Shown here piece after piece: positions 35,767 to 45,563 of a stretch of 64,000 nucleotides of DNA (its first letter is position 1; every line of letters starts with the position of its first letter). The stretch spans positions 20,465-84,464 of the forward strand of contig JAFGCO010000065.1 of NCBI GenBank assembly GCA_016932575.1. The letters run 5' to 3'. The notes beneath the pieces are model-generated. The model was not told the origin of the DNA. It was given only the letters and a program-made list of their open reading frames with translations, and searched no databases. A program made the position numbers and the translations under genes. The DNA comes from a bacterium. Lineage in GTDB: Bacteria; Zhuqueibacterota; QNDG01; JAFGCO01.

Positions 35767-36960
35767 TTAATTCCACGGAGGACTTTGGTAAGTATCCCAT
35801 GCATTATCACCGTAGCCACTACGGCCCGGTCTAGGTATCCATTGACCACCAGTATTTGGATCTTCAGGTTCACCAACAGGAATCCATTGCCATTGATGTC
35901 CACGATTATACAACTGGAATGCTTCTTTTAGTATTTGTTCATTCGTTGTAAACTCTGTCACATTTAAATAACATGGAGGCAATTGTCCACTTTGAGCCAG
36001 ATTTCTTAACCGACCAGGATAACCCAATCCCCAATTTCTTTTTTCATTAAAGACGGCAATACATCTGGAACGATTAGCCGGCCAATTCCATAATTCGTGA
36101 ACTGTTGCAGGCGGGTTGTCAATTTGACCTATTCCATAACCACCAGGTGGACCATATAACGGATTGCCATTACTGTTAAATTGACGAAACCTGGATTCAT
36201 GATACATTATCACCTGTATCTCAAGACCAACACCTGCCCTTGCCTGTTCAGGTGTTGGATTTTCTCCTTTTATTCTTCTGATGTTTGATGCATCGTATAT
36301 ATATTGCTTATCTGCTTCCGCTAAAACATGTATTGATACATCACCGCCAATAAATATATTATCATTGTTTTGATTCCATGTAGTTGGATTAGCGTTCATT
36401 GCAGTTGAGTTACCTTGAAAAATATGCCTTTCGGTTCTTGTCGGCAGGGTACATTCAACCTTATATTCCCATAAATACTGTACGATGCCCTTTTTATAAT
36501 TTTTTAAATAGGCTTTACATATATCATGGGGCATTGATGGAACATTTTCAATAATCAAATCAGGTGCGCCTGCCAATGGTTCTGTAACAATGAGTTCAAT
36601 TTCTTCTCCCAGCGGCGCCACAATCAATGAGTCCTCGTTTGTGGTATGCAGCCAGGTCGGTTCTTCTACTGTAAACCTCACCCAGGTAGGTTCATCCGGA
36701 TTTTTACCCACCACAACATAATTTATCCTTCCTGTATAAAGCTTTTCATAAGTCGTCAAATATTTGACTGTCTGGATCTGATCCGAATCCATGGGACTGT
36801 TTTTTGCAAAGATAAACTCCATCAATTGCCCGAGACTATCCACGTCTTCACAGTTCTGAACAATATCGATACTGTCCCGAATCACAATTTGGCCCTTTAT
36901 CGAAGCATTTAACACAAGTATACAAAATAATACCGAGAAAAAATATCTATTATTCATCAT
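35767..36960 (-). CDS. Secreted hypothetical protein with lytic-transglycosylase (SLT)-like motifs and a Trp/Pro/Gly-rich C-terminus.
   Basis: Signal peptide. 'YHESRFRQFNSNGNPLYGPPGGYGIGQID' resembles SLT motifs I–II (ES … GLMQI) and 'AFQLYNRGHQW' resembles the AYNAG motif, but the spacing is longer than canonical. The tail reads 'WQWIPVGEPEDPNTGGQWIPRPGRSGYGDNAWDTYQSPPWN'. Confidence 0.45.
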   Translation of the reverse strand: MMNNRYFFSVLFCILVLNASIKGQIVIRDSIDIVQNCEDVDSLGQLMEFIFAKNSPMDSDQIQTVKYLTTYEKLYTGRINYVVVGKNPDEPTWVRFTVEEPTWLHTTNEDSLIVAPLGEEIELIVTEPLAGAPDLIIENVPSMPHDICKAYLKNYKKGIVQYLWEYKVECTLPTRTERHIFQGNSTAMNANPTTWNQNNDNIFIGGDVSIHVLAEADKQYIYDASNIRRIKGENPTPEQARAGVGLEIQVIMYHESRFRQFNSNGNPLYGPPGGYGIGQIDNPPATVHELWNWPANRSRCIAVFNEKRNWGLGYPGRLRNLAQSGQLPPCYLNVTEFTTNEQILKEAFQLYNRGHQWQWIPVGEPEDPNTGGQWIPRPGRSGYGDNAWDTYQSPPWN

Positions 36961-37165
36961 CCCTCCCGTTATTTCTATAATAATATTTTGGTTATGATAA
37001 AAATTTAATATTTATAGGATAGGCATTTTACACTCATCACCAATCGTAAAAAACAAAACATATTGACCTGTACAACCGTTTACATACATGGATTCTACAT
37101 TGCTTTTTTATTATTTTTTTTATACTTTGATTACAGGAATAACCATCATTTTATCAGGAGGTCAT

Positions 37166-38794
37166 GTGCTGCTTTGCCAGGTTGAAAAAAAAGGATTCGC
37201 ACCTTTTCAGGAAGGACTGAATGCCGCTGTACAACAAATAAAGAATGACAGGATTCTCGACCGAATAAATAATCACGATCATACTGTCTGGCATCCCGAG
37301 CCCGATGAAATCACCAATCGTCTTGGATGGCTGGATATCGCCAATCGTATGATACCGGAAATTTCCAAAATCAACCGGTTCGTTGAGGATGTGAAAGCAG
37401 ACGGCTTCACTCAAGTATTGTTGCTGGGGATGGGAGGATCCAGTCTGGCACCGGAGCTCTTTACCAAAACCTTTGGCCCGCATACAGATGGTCTGGATTT
37501 GCGGGTGCTGGACAGCACAGATCCTGCCATGGTGCTTTCCTGTCGTGATTGGATTCAGCCGGAGAAAACACTGTTTATTGTATCCACCAAATCCGGAAGC
37601 ACGGTTGAAACCTATTCATTTTTTAAATATTTTTATACCTGGATGCAATCGCTAATGAACGATGATGTCGGCAGGCATTTTATAGGAATTACAGATCCCG
37701 GCAGCCGACTGGAAACAATCGGGAATGATTTGAAATTTCGAAATGTTTTCCTAAATGACCCGAATATCGGAGGCCGGTTTTCAGCACTCTCACACTTTGG
37801 ACTGATCCCGGCAGCCTTGGTCGGAGTTGATTTAAAAATTCTTTTGAAGAATGCCATTGAAGCGGATTGGGATCTGGCTGCTGAAATCGGGGTTCTTCTG
37901 GGATATCTGACAATGACAGGTCGGGACAAATTAACTTTCATTCTCTCGCATGAACTTCAAAGTTACGGAGACTGGGCGGAGCAGCTGATTGCCGAGAGCA
38001 CAGGAAAGAATGGCCGGGGTATTCTGCCGGTGATTGGAGAAATGCTGCTTGACGCCGATCAGTATGGAGGAGACCGCTTTTTCATCCACCTGAAAATGCA
38101 CGGGAACAACACGAGTGATTCCCGGATATCTGACCTTGCCCAAGCCGGACACCCGGTCTTCTGCCTGACATTGAAGGATATTTATGAGTTGGGCGAACAA
38201 TTTTTTATCTGGGAGCTGGCCACAGCGGTTTGCGGTCATCTTTTAAAAATCAATCCATTTGACCAGCCAAATGTGGAATCAGCAAAAAAAGCAGCTCAAA
38301 ATATGACAAGAAATTATCTCGAACATGGCGCATTACCGCAATCTGAGACAGCCCTTTTCACCAGGGAGTCATTGATCCAGTTCCTGAATCAAAAGGAAAA
38401 GGGAGATTACATCGCAATTCAGGTCTATCTTCCCATGACAACTGAAATCGTTGATCAAATACACATCATTCAGGCTGCCATACAGGCACACACGAACCTG
38501 GCTGTTACATCGGGTTTTGGACCACGGTTCCTTCATTCGACAGGACAGTTGCATAAAGGCGACAGCGGAAACGGTTTGTTTATACAATTGACATGTGATG
38601 CCCGGCAGGACGTGGCCATTCCCAACAAACCCGGAAGTAAGGATTCAGATCTCTCATTTCAAATTCTCAAGACCGCCCAGGCAATGGGAGATTATCAGGC
38701 ATTAAAAAATGAAAAGCGTCGTGTTATTCATTTTCATTTTGATAATGATGTTCATCAAGCATTAAATAAATTGCATGACATGATAATACAATGA
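37166..38794 (+). CDS. pgi: Glucose-6-phosphate isomerase (SIS-domain PGI, of the type fused to transaldolase in some lineages).
   Basis: GTG start 4 nt after AGGAGG. The earlier track start encodes a hydrophobic leader that is unlikely to be real. 'VLLLGMGGSSLAPELF' is the PGI SIS motif. 'HTVWHPEPDEITNRLGWL' resembles the PGI N-terminus. Confidence 0.6.
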   Translation: MLLCQVEKKGFAPFQEGLNAAVQQIKNDRILDRINNHDHTVWHPEPDEITNRLGWLDIANRMIPEISKINRFVEDVKADGFTQVLLLGMGGSSLAPELFTKTFGPHTDGLDLRVLDSTDPAMVLSCRDWIQPEKTLFIVSTKSGSTVETYSFFKYFYTWMQSLMNDDVGRHFIGITDPGSRLETIGNDLKFRNVFLNDPNIGGRFSALSHFGLIPAALVGVDLKILLKNAIEADWDLAAEIGVLLGYLTMTGRDKLTFILSHELQSYGDWAEQLIAESTGKNGRGILPVIGEMLLDADQYGGDRFFIHLKMHGNNTSDSRISDLAQAGHPVFCLTLKDIYELGEQFFIWELATAVCGHLLKINPFDQPNVESAKKAAQNMTRNYLEHGALPQSETALFTRESLIQFLNQKEKGDYIAIQVYLPMTTEIVDQIHIIQAAIQAHTNLAVTSGFGPRFLHSTGQLHKGDSGNGLFIQLTCDARQDVAIPNKPGSKDSDLSFQILKTAQAMGDYQALKNEKRRVIHFHFDNDVHQALNKLHDMIIQ

Positions 38795-38947
38795 CCCGCG
38801 TCCAATCAGTGGGTTCCGTACCAATGACTGATTCTGTTCCGGTTCTGTTTTTAAAGGCAAGATTACATAACAAAGACGGATCATTAAAATACTTATACTG
38901 TTCGCTGAGCAAAAGACCATAAGGTATCAGGAATGAATGGCTGTTAA

Positions 38948-39889
38948 TTGATGTCTGTTACCAAACGGAGTTCTCTATTTATCATGCCAATCTGCGCCAT
39001 GCATCCAAAAATACCGATCCTGAAAGATCGCATTAAAAAGGCCTATGAGCTATTAAAACACTGTCAACTTTGCCCCCGTCGATGCGGCGTAAATCGTATA
39101 CAGAATGAATTGGGATACTGCGGTGAGGGCCTGATTCCCAACGTTGCTTCCGACAACCTGCATTACGGAGAAGAACCTCCCATATCTGGATTTCAGGGAT
39201 CCGGAACCCTGTTTTTTGCAGGCTGCACCATGCGCTGTGTCTATTGCCAAAACTATCCTATTAGTCATATGGGACATGGGCATCCTGTACAAATTCCGCA
39301 ACTTGCCGATATGATGCTGCACTTGCAGAAACGCGGAGCACACAACATCAATCTTGTCACACCGACTCACTTTATACCGCAAATTATTACTGCACTTTAC
39401 ATCGCTTACCATAATGGTTTAATCCTCCCCATAGTATACAATACCAGCGGATTTGAATCCGTGAAAGTCCTGAGATTGCTCGAGGGTATTGTAGATATCT
39501 ACCTTCCGGACATGAAATACGCCAATGATAAAATCGCCCGGAGCTTAAGCAATACTCCCAATTACCCTGAAATCAATCAGGCTGCCATTCTTGAAATGTA
39601 TCGGCAGGTCGGACATTTAAAACGCAACAAACAGGGAATAGCGATCAAAGGACTGATCATTCGTCATCTTATGCTTCCCGGAGAAGCATCGGGTACAAAA
39701 TCTGTCCTTCAATGGATTGCGGAAAATCTGAACACCGAAACGCATATCAGTCTCATGAGACAATATTTTCCCACATATAAGGCTTTGGACATTCCGGCAT
39801 TAAATAAAAAAATATCTCACGAGATATACATGGCCGCAGCTCGATATATGCAAAAGCTGGGTTTTAAGAACGGATGGCTGCAGGATTAA
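38948..39889 (+). CDS. Radical SAM enzyme, PflX-like (pyruvate-formate-lyase-activating-enzyme-related) family.
   Basis: CX3CX2C 'GCTMRCVYCQNYPIS'. There is an extra N-terminal Cys cluster 'CQLCPRRCGVNR...GYCG'. Confidence 0.7.
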   Translation: MMSVTKRSSLFIMPICAMHPKIPILKDRIKKAYELLKHCQLCPRRCGVNRIQNELGYCGEGLIPNVASDNLHYGEEPPISGFQGSGTLFFAGCTMRCVYCQNYPISHMGHGHPVQIPQLADMMLHLQKRGAHNINLVTPTHFIPQIITALYIAYHNGLILPIVYNTSGFESVKVLRLLEGIVDIYLPDMKYANDKIARSLSNTPNYPEINQAAILEMYRQVGHLKRNKQGIAIKGLIIRHLMLPGEASGTKSVLQWIAENLNTETHISLMRQYFPTYKALDIPALNKKISHEIYMAAARYMQKLGFKNGWLQD

Positions 39890-40045
39890 ATGTCCGATTC
39901 GATGTTTATTATTCTGATAAAGCGCTTGAAAAATCTCCAAATACTGGCATGAAATATGCAATAAAAATATAGTCACTAGTTAAAGATATCGGCTATTATT
40001 CACCATGGATATTCCAGTCTTCCCCAAGATCCGGATGCAAAAGCA

Positions 40046-42256
40046 ATGAGCTTAAAACCTGAAGAGATTATTCTTTTTAAAGTTGTTATCAAAGATCTTT
40101 TAATCAGTGTGAAAAACGGCACACTGTATGATTTTGATCATCCCATTTATCTTTTATCCATCCGAAAATTAAAAGACTCTATTGAAGAATGGTTTAAAAT
40201 TCAGAAAAAATTCATCCTTGGATTCTCGTCAAATCGTATTCTCATGAATTCTGAGCTGATTGAAAGCAAGGATGAGTTTTTATTTGAACTGGCCAGATTG
40301 TTACATGCCAGAGGCATTCTTTCAGTAGAATTCAGCCAGTCCGTTGAAGTGAAGGAACTGGCAGAATTTGTGTCTCATCTAAAAATGGAAACACCCGGTC
40401 AGGATGAAGAAATAGAAACGGAAGATTGGACAAAAGGCCTTCCAAATATCAAAATCAGCGAACTGGATTACCGGCTGCTTCTCACCAACAAATCTTCTGA
40501 GTATACAACCGAAGAAGAGGAAGTCTGGGCGAAGCTGTTTCGCATGGATCTTTCTCTGGAGGATGGCCTTTCCAAATCAAACATTGAATTAATGCTCAAT
40601 TTTTTCAACGCCCCGACTGAATCCGCATCATTTTTGAATAAAATCTATCACGAAGCGCTTCGGAAAAAAACGGAAAAGCAGGTTGTTGACACATTTCAGC
40701 AGGCCGTTTTCAACATATGTGAATATTTCCAGGGCCAATCCAAACCCGGAGAACAGAAAGAATTTAAGGTAAACCTTGCAAAGATTGTATCACGGCTTCA
40801 TCCGGATTTGATTTCACAACTTTTTGAAAGCACTGTCATCAATGGAAAAAATTTCGATATTTCCCGTGAATTGCTCAGTGATTTTACGGATCAGGACGTT
40901 GCTGAATTTATCCAGTCATTGGTTCGCCAGGATGGATCGATCAATGAATTTCTTTTGAAAATTTTTCAAAAAATGGTGACCAGCAATCAAGACGCCCAAA
41001 ATGTATCACCGCTGGTCATGGACCAGTTATTCAGTAAACATATTATCAATCCTCAGTCATTTAAACGAATTCAGCTTTCCATCAAAGAGCTTTTCAAGGA
41101 TCATCCGCAAAACCACTTTCTCAACGAGATGTACAAAATCACAGTCGATGCGCTTAGCGACAGCAGCGCAAATACATTGAAATATTCTGTGCGAATGGGA
41201 CCTCTGGTTAATCAGTTTGTTAAAACATACGAGGAAGGATTTTTTGGCGAAGAAAAAGCCTGGGTGCTGTTGAAAACATTGTCATCAGAAGAAAACTACA
41301 TCGATTTTCAGAAAATCGGAGAACGGCTTCTGGAGCTTTTTAGAGTACTGCTCGATAAACAGGATATCAGTGTCATCAGACATCTGCTGACGTTTTATGT
41401 TTCAGAAATTGCATCGCCCTCAGAAAGAGGAGATTCACCACTTAACCGTGAAAAAAATGCTCTCTTTAATAAAATGGTGCATGAAGATAATTTAAAAATC
41501 ATTATCAATCTGATTCCGGAAGGCTCAAAAGGTGTCCTGAGCCATATTTTGCAGATTATGCTGATTACAAAATCGGCATCGGCGCCCCTTCTGATTGACA
41601 CCTATCTGCATACTTCGAGTCCGCCGGTACGAAATAAACTGCTTTATATCTTTTCACAAATGAAATCCGCCATCAAATCCGAAGTCAACAGACGGATAAA
41701 TAGTAGCAAACCAAAAGAGGTCAGAGATTTATTTAAAATTTTACAGGTCTGCGATCCTGATAAAATAAATCTCGCTGCCCGAAAAATGATTAACCAGAAA
41801 GATACATCATTATTATGGGACGCTCTGGAGCATTTTATTCCCAAAACACAGGAAGATACCCGCCAGGTTATCGCGCTTTTTTTTAAGCACGACAATCCGG
41901 AAATTCAAAAAAAGGCAGCCGTCGCCATACTGAAATCGAATAACAAATTATTTATTGAGGATTTATTTAAACGGACAAACAAAACATTTATCTCAAAAAA
42001 GTGGCTGAACAATCTTATTCACTGGAGCAGAGAAGTTAAATCGGAGCATGTATTTCAGGAATTAGATAAAGTATTCCAGAAGGAACCCGGTATTTTTAAT
42101 AAGCTAAATGATAATATGCGTCTTAATGCTTTTAAAAATATGTGTCAGATTGACACGAATAGATCCATTCAATCCTATAAATCAATGCGAATTTCAGATA
42201 ACGATCCATTAGCACAAAAATGTCAAAAAATTATAGCAAAATATAAAAAATCTTAA
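40046..42256 (+). CDS. Hypothetical all-alpha (HEAT/ARM-like) protein. Its N-terminal ~110-aa module is shared with the next gene.
   Basis: 736 aa with no TM segment and helical-repeat character. Its stop overlaps the next start (TAATG). Confidence 0.5.
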   Translation: MSLKPEEIILFKVVIKDLLISVKNGTLYDFDHPIYLLSIRKLKDSIEEWFKIQKKFILGFSSNRILMNSELIESKDEFLFELARLLHARGILSVEFSQSVEVKELAEFVSHLKMETPGQDEEIETEDWTKGLPNIKISELDYRLLLTNKSSEYTTEEEEVWAKLFRMDLSLEDGLSKSNIELMLNFFNAPTESASFLNKIYHEALRKKTEKQVVDTFQQAVFNICEYFQGQSKPGEQKEFKVNLAKIVSRLHPDLISQLFESTVINGKNFDISRELLSDFTDQDVAEFIQSLVRQDGSINEFLLKIFQKMVTSNQDAQNVSPLVMDQLFSKHIINPQSFKRIQLSIKELFKDHPQNHFLNEMYKITVDALSDSSANTLKYSVRMGPLVNQFVKTYEEGFFGEEKAWVLLKTLSSEENYIDFQKIGERLLELFRVLLDKQDISVIRHLLTFYVSEIASPSERGDSPLNREKNALFNKMVHEDNLKIIINLIPEGSKGVLSHILQIMLITKSASAPLLIDTYLHTSSPPVRNKLLYIFSQMKSAIKSEVNRRINSSKPKEVRDLFKILQVCDPDKINLAARKMINQKDTSLLWDALEHFIPKTQEDTRQVIALFFKHDNPEIQKKAAVAILKSNNKLFIEDLFKRTNKTFISKKWLNNLIHWSREVKSEHVFQELDKVFQKEPGIFNKLNDNMRLNAFKNMCQIDTNRSIQSYKSMRISDNDPLAQKCQKIIAKYKKS

Positions 42257-43656
42257 TGCCGATGAATGACAACTCACTTCCTATAAGAGACCAGATCGAA
42301 GCGCTGATTATCCGCCTCGCTAAAGCGTCTAAAATGTACAGTATTTATCAAAGCGATCACAAGCTGACGGGGGATATTTGTATCCAGCTGTTTGAGCTGC
42401 TGGAAAAAATCCTGATAATGCGTCGTGAAGTGACCATTGGTATCATATCCGATGAACTGGCATTCGAAAAAAAACCGTTTCTTGAAACCAGCGCAAAGGT
42501 CAGCGATTTTATTGACCGGTTAACAGAAAAAGGATTGAAAAAAATTACTTTCTGTCAGGGGATTATCCAAGAAGAAATTATCAAATTTATTGATATTATC
42601 TCTGAGGTCGCAAAACATAAAAGAACTTTTGAAGAGACACTGCAACAATTTGAAAAACAAAATATTATCCATATTAAAATCGGCCATATCAGTCTGGAAG
42701 AAGAAGAACTGCTGCTATCCGGCGCCGATGATGTCAGGGGCCTGGCCGATAAAAGTTTTAAAAGGGGAGTAAAAACGATTGATCGTCAGCTGCAGAATAT
42801 TATCGACAATAAACCAGTAGATATGGAATCAATCCGGCTGATTGCGGCTGCCCTGGTAAATTGTATGCTTGTGAATAAATCATTACTGATGATGCTGACT
42901 TCAATTAAACTGAATGATGAAGAAAAATACATTCATAATTTGATCGTATGCGTATTTACACTGCTTCAGGCCGAAATGCTGGGTATCGACCGCAAATATT
43001 TTGTGGATATTGCCTCGGCTGCACTTTTACATAATATTGGTATTCTATCTGCCGAAAAGACACTGGATATCGAAGAAATTAAAAAACAGGACAAGGCATT
43101 TATTGACGGCGTTATTCAGAATGGTGTAAAAATTCTGATCAACACGGAGGGTATCACACCTCTGGCACCTCTGGCCGCTCTTGAATATCCAATCCCTTAT
43201 AAAAAATCCAAGCAGGGGAATCCTATTCATAATAAAGGATTGAACCTGATCAGCATGTTTATCACCATTTCCCGATATTATGACAGATTACGAAGCCTTC
43301 CCGAATACCAAAAGGATTCAGGACTCGAAAAAATATATGAAAAAATGATGTCCATGAGTGATATTCAGTTCCATCCCGATCTTTTGGGTAACTTTTTTAA
43401 TGTAGTCGGACTTTATCCACCAGGTTCTATGGTGAAACTGGTTACAGGAGAAGTTGGCATCGTAATTCAAAACAGTATCGTTGACATTCATCGGCCCACC
43501 GTGGAAATTATATACGATGCTGCAGGACGGGAATATCCCCAACCGAAAACACTCAATCTTCTGGAAAGAAACCGCGAGGGAAAATTTAAATGTTCCATTC
43601 AGCATTCGATCGCCTACAATTCAAAATATAAAATACCTGAAAAAGTCTCAAAATAA
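42256..43656 (+). CDS. Degenerate HD-GYP-like domain protein (HD→HN, GYP motif absent). The N-terminal module is paralogous to 40046..42256.
   Basis: 'DIASAALLHNIGIL' corresponds to the HD-domain 'AALLHDIGK' motif with D→N. The downstream region lacks HHExxDGxGYP. 'ISMFITISRYYDRLRS' resembles the HD-GYP 'VADVYDALTS' helix. Confidence 0.5.
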   Translation: MPMNDNSLPIRDQIEALIIRLAKASKMYSIYQSDHKLTGDICIQLFELLEKILIMRREVTIGIISDELAFEKKPFLETSAKVSDFIDRLTEKGLKKITFCQGIIQEEIIKFIDIISEVAKHKRTFEETLQQFEKQNIIHIKIGHISLEEEELLLSGADDVRGLADKSFKRGVKTIDRQLQNIIDNKPVDMESIRLIAAALVNCMLVNKSLLMMLTSIKLNDEEKYIHNLIVCVFTLLQAEMLGIDRKYFVDIASAALLHNIGILSAEKTLDIEEIKKQDKAFIDGVIQNGVKILINTEGITPLAPLAALEYPIPYKKSKQGNPIHNKGLNLISMFITISRYYDRLRSLPEYQKDSGLEKIYEKMMSMSDIQFHPDLLGNFFNVVGLYPPGSMVKLVTGEVGIVIQNSIVDIHRPTVEIIYDAAGREYPQPKTLNLLERNREGKFKCSIQHSIAYNSKYKIPEKVSK

Positions 43657-43711
43657 ATGTTTTTTCATTCATAACAAAATAGAAGAATACGATTTATTTT
43701 AAAAAATATGA

Positions 43712-45484
43712 ATGGCCGTGAAGACAATTCGATTTAAAATTCTTTTCATTTCAATAGCCGGCTGGGTCTGTATCAGTGTTTTTCTTCTCACCGCCTTGCA
43801 TGCACCGATTCTTTATTATTATATTTGCGCTTTTCTGATATTGTCAGGTTCTCTGACTTTATTTTTCATGATTCGCCGGCAATCTCAACTGATCAATTTG
43901 ATTTCGAGCGGTTTGGATATTATAAAATCCGGCAATTATAAGTATCGAATGGGAATTGAGCGTCCGGATGTATTTGGACAAATATCCCAATCTGTGGATC
44001 ATATGGTTGAAATACTCGAGAAAAACGAAAAAGCTTCTCACGATCTCGAGATGGACAATGAGGTTCTTGTAGACCGTATCCGTGAGACACACAGCATTCA
44101 GGAGCGCTTTCAACGGCTGTTTGAAAATCCCAATTACGGTATTTTCTTATGCGATTTTGAAGGCATGATTATCGATGTGAATGCCACCGGATGCAATCTT
44201 CTCGAATATACCAAAGAGGAACTGCTCCATTCCTCATTTTACAATTTATATGCACCTGAAGAACTAACACGTTCAATTAATGCCACAAAAATAGGCGATC
44301 GTCAGCAAGCCATCCGATTCGAGTCCAGGATGCAGACAAAAAATCAGAAAATACTGGATGTTGAAATCAGCTCGAATATTTATGATTTCAAGAATGAAAT
44401 CATTCAAAATATTGTATCGGATATTTGTCAGCGGAAACAGATGGAATCCGAACTGAGACATTCAGAAGAAAAATTTCGGTCTTTCATGGAATCTGCCAAT
44501 GATTTAATGTTTATCACAGATACTTCAGAAACCATCGTTTATGCAAATCAGGCAATGATACAAGCACTGGGCATGTCATTGGAAATTCTGCAAACGAAAC
44601 AGCTCTCTGATCTGATATATTCAGAGTCAGAAGAGACAGAAGATCAAAGTAAAAATGAAGATCATGATGGAGCGATGCGGGAACTGATATGGAAATCGAA
44701 AACCACCGGTAAAATTTATGGGGAATTGATTACCTCTGTCATTCTCAACGATCATAATGATCCTATCGGATTAAGGGGCGTATTCAGGGATGTGACAGAA
44801 CGAAAAAAAATCGCCGAATCCCGCCGCCTGGCTCAGCTCGGAAAGCTTGTTGCTGACGTTGCCCATGAAGTAAAAAATCGTCTCATGGCAATTCTGGGCA
44901 TTGTTGAATATATCCTTCTCGAGTATAACAAAGATCCTGAAATAAAAAATGACATGCTGATGATTCATGAAGAATGCAGGACAATGGATGATTTTGTGAG
45001 GCAAATGCTGAACTTTTCTAGACCAAGCGAAGGTATTTATGTCGAAACAGATATCCATGCTGTCCTGGATTCGGTATTAAGACTGCTTTCTAAATCACTT
45101 CGCCGCGATCAAATACAATTAAAGAAATCTTATGACAAAAAAGCACCCAATGTGAAAGTCGATGAAAAACAAATGAGCGAAGTCTTCATGAATTTAATAC
45201 AGAATGCACAGGATGCTATGGAAAAAGGAAGCGCTCTCGAAATCATTACATCCTTTAAAGACGGCCAGGTTTATGTCGATATCAAAGACCACGGCGCCGG
45301 CATTCCCGAAGAGTACCTTGGAAAAATTTTCGATCCGTTTTTTACGACCAAAGATACAGGAACCGGTTTAGGCGTATCCGCCTGTTACGGAATTATTCAT
45401 TCACATGGTGGAGAATTAACCTATACAAGCGAGATGGGCAAAGGCACCACAGCGCATGTCATCCTTCCGGCATCAAATTCCTGA
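43712..45484 (+). CDS. Membrane sensor histidine kinase with a HAMP-like linker and two PAS domains.
   Basis: Two N-terminal TM segments. H-box '[18 protein letters not shown]'. N/G boxes '[10 protein letters not shown]', '[22 protein letters not shown]', '[18 protein letters not shown]'. No response regulator is adjacent. Confidence 0.8.
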   Translation: MAVKTIRFKILFISIAGWVCISVFLLTALHAPILYYYICAFLILSGSLTLFFMIRRQSQLINLISSGLDIIKSGNYKYRMGIERPDVFGQISQSVDHMVEILEKNEKASHDLEMDNEVLVDRIRETHSIQERFQRLFENPNYGIFLCDFEGMIIDVNATGCNLLEYTKEELLHSSFYNLYAPEELTRSINATKIGDRQQAIRFESRMQTKNQKILDVEISSNIYDFKNEIIQNIVSDICQRKQMESELRHSEEKFRSFMESANDLMFITDTSETIVYANQAMIQALGMSLEILQTKQLSDLIYSESEETEDQSKNEDHDGAMRELIWKSKTTGKIYGELITSVILNDHNDPIGLRGVFRDVTERKKIAESRRLAQLGKLVADVAHEVKNRLMAILGIVEYILLEYNKDPEIKNDMLMIHEECRTMDDFVRQMLNFSRPSEGIYVETDIHAVLDSVLRLLSKSLRRDQIQLKKSYDKKAPNVKVDEKQMSEVFMNLIQNAQDAMEKGSALEIITSFKDGQVYVDIKDHGAGIPEEYLGKIFDPFFTTKDTGTGLGVSACYGIIHSHGGELTYTSEMGKGTTAHVILPASNS

Positions 45485-45563
45485 TAGCAAATAAATTCAC
45501 TCTTTATCACAGTAAAGTAACATCTATTTCTTATTTTCCGATGAATCATCTGCCATAAACACG

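Noticed and set aside
37088-37165. The track's longer N-terminus for pgi (MDSTLLFYYFFYTLITGITIILSGGH...).
   Set aside because: That stretch is hydrophobic and unlike PGI N-termini. AGGAGG sits just upstream of an in-frame GTG at ~37166, so the shorter start is preferred. The 4-nt spacing is short, which leaves the start moderately uncertain.
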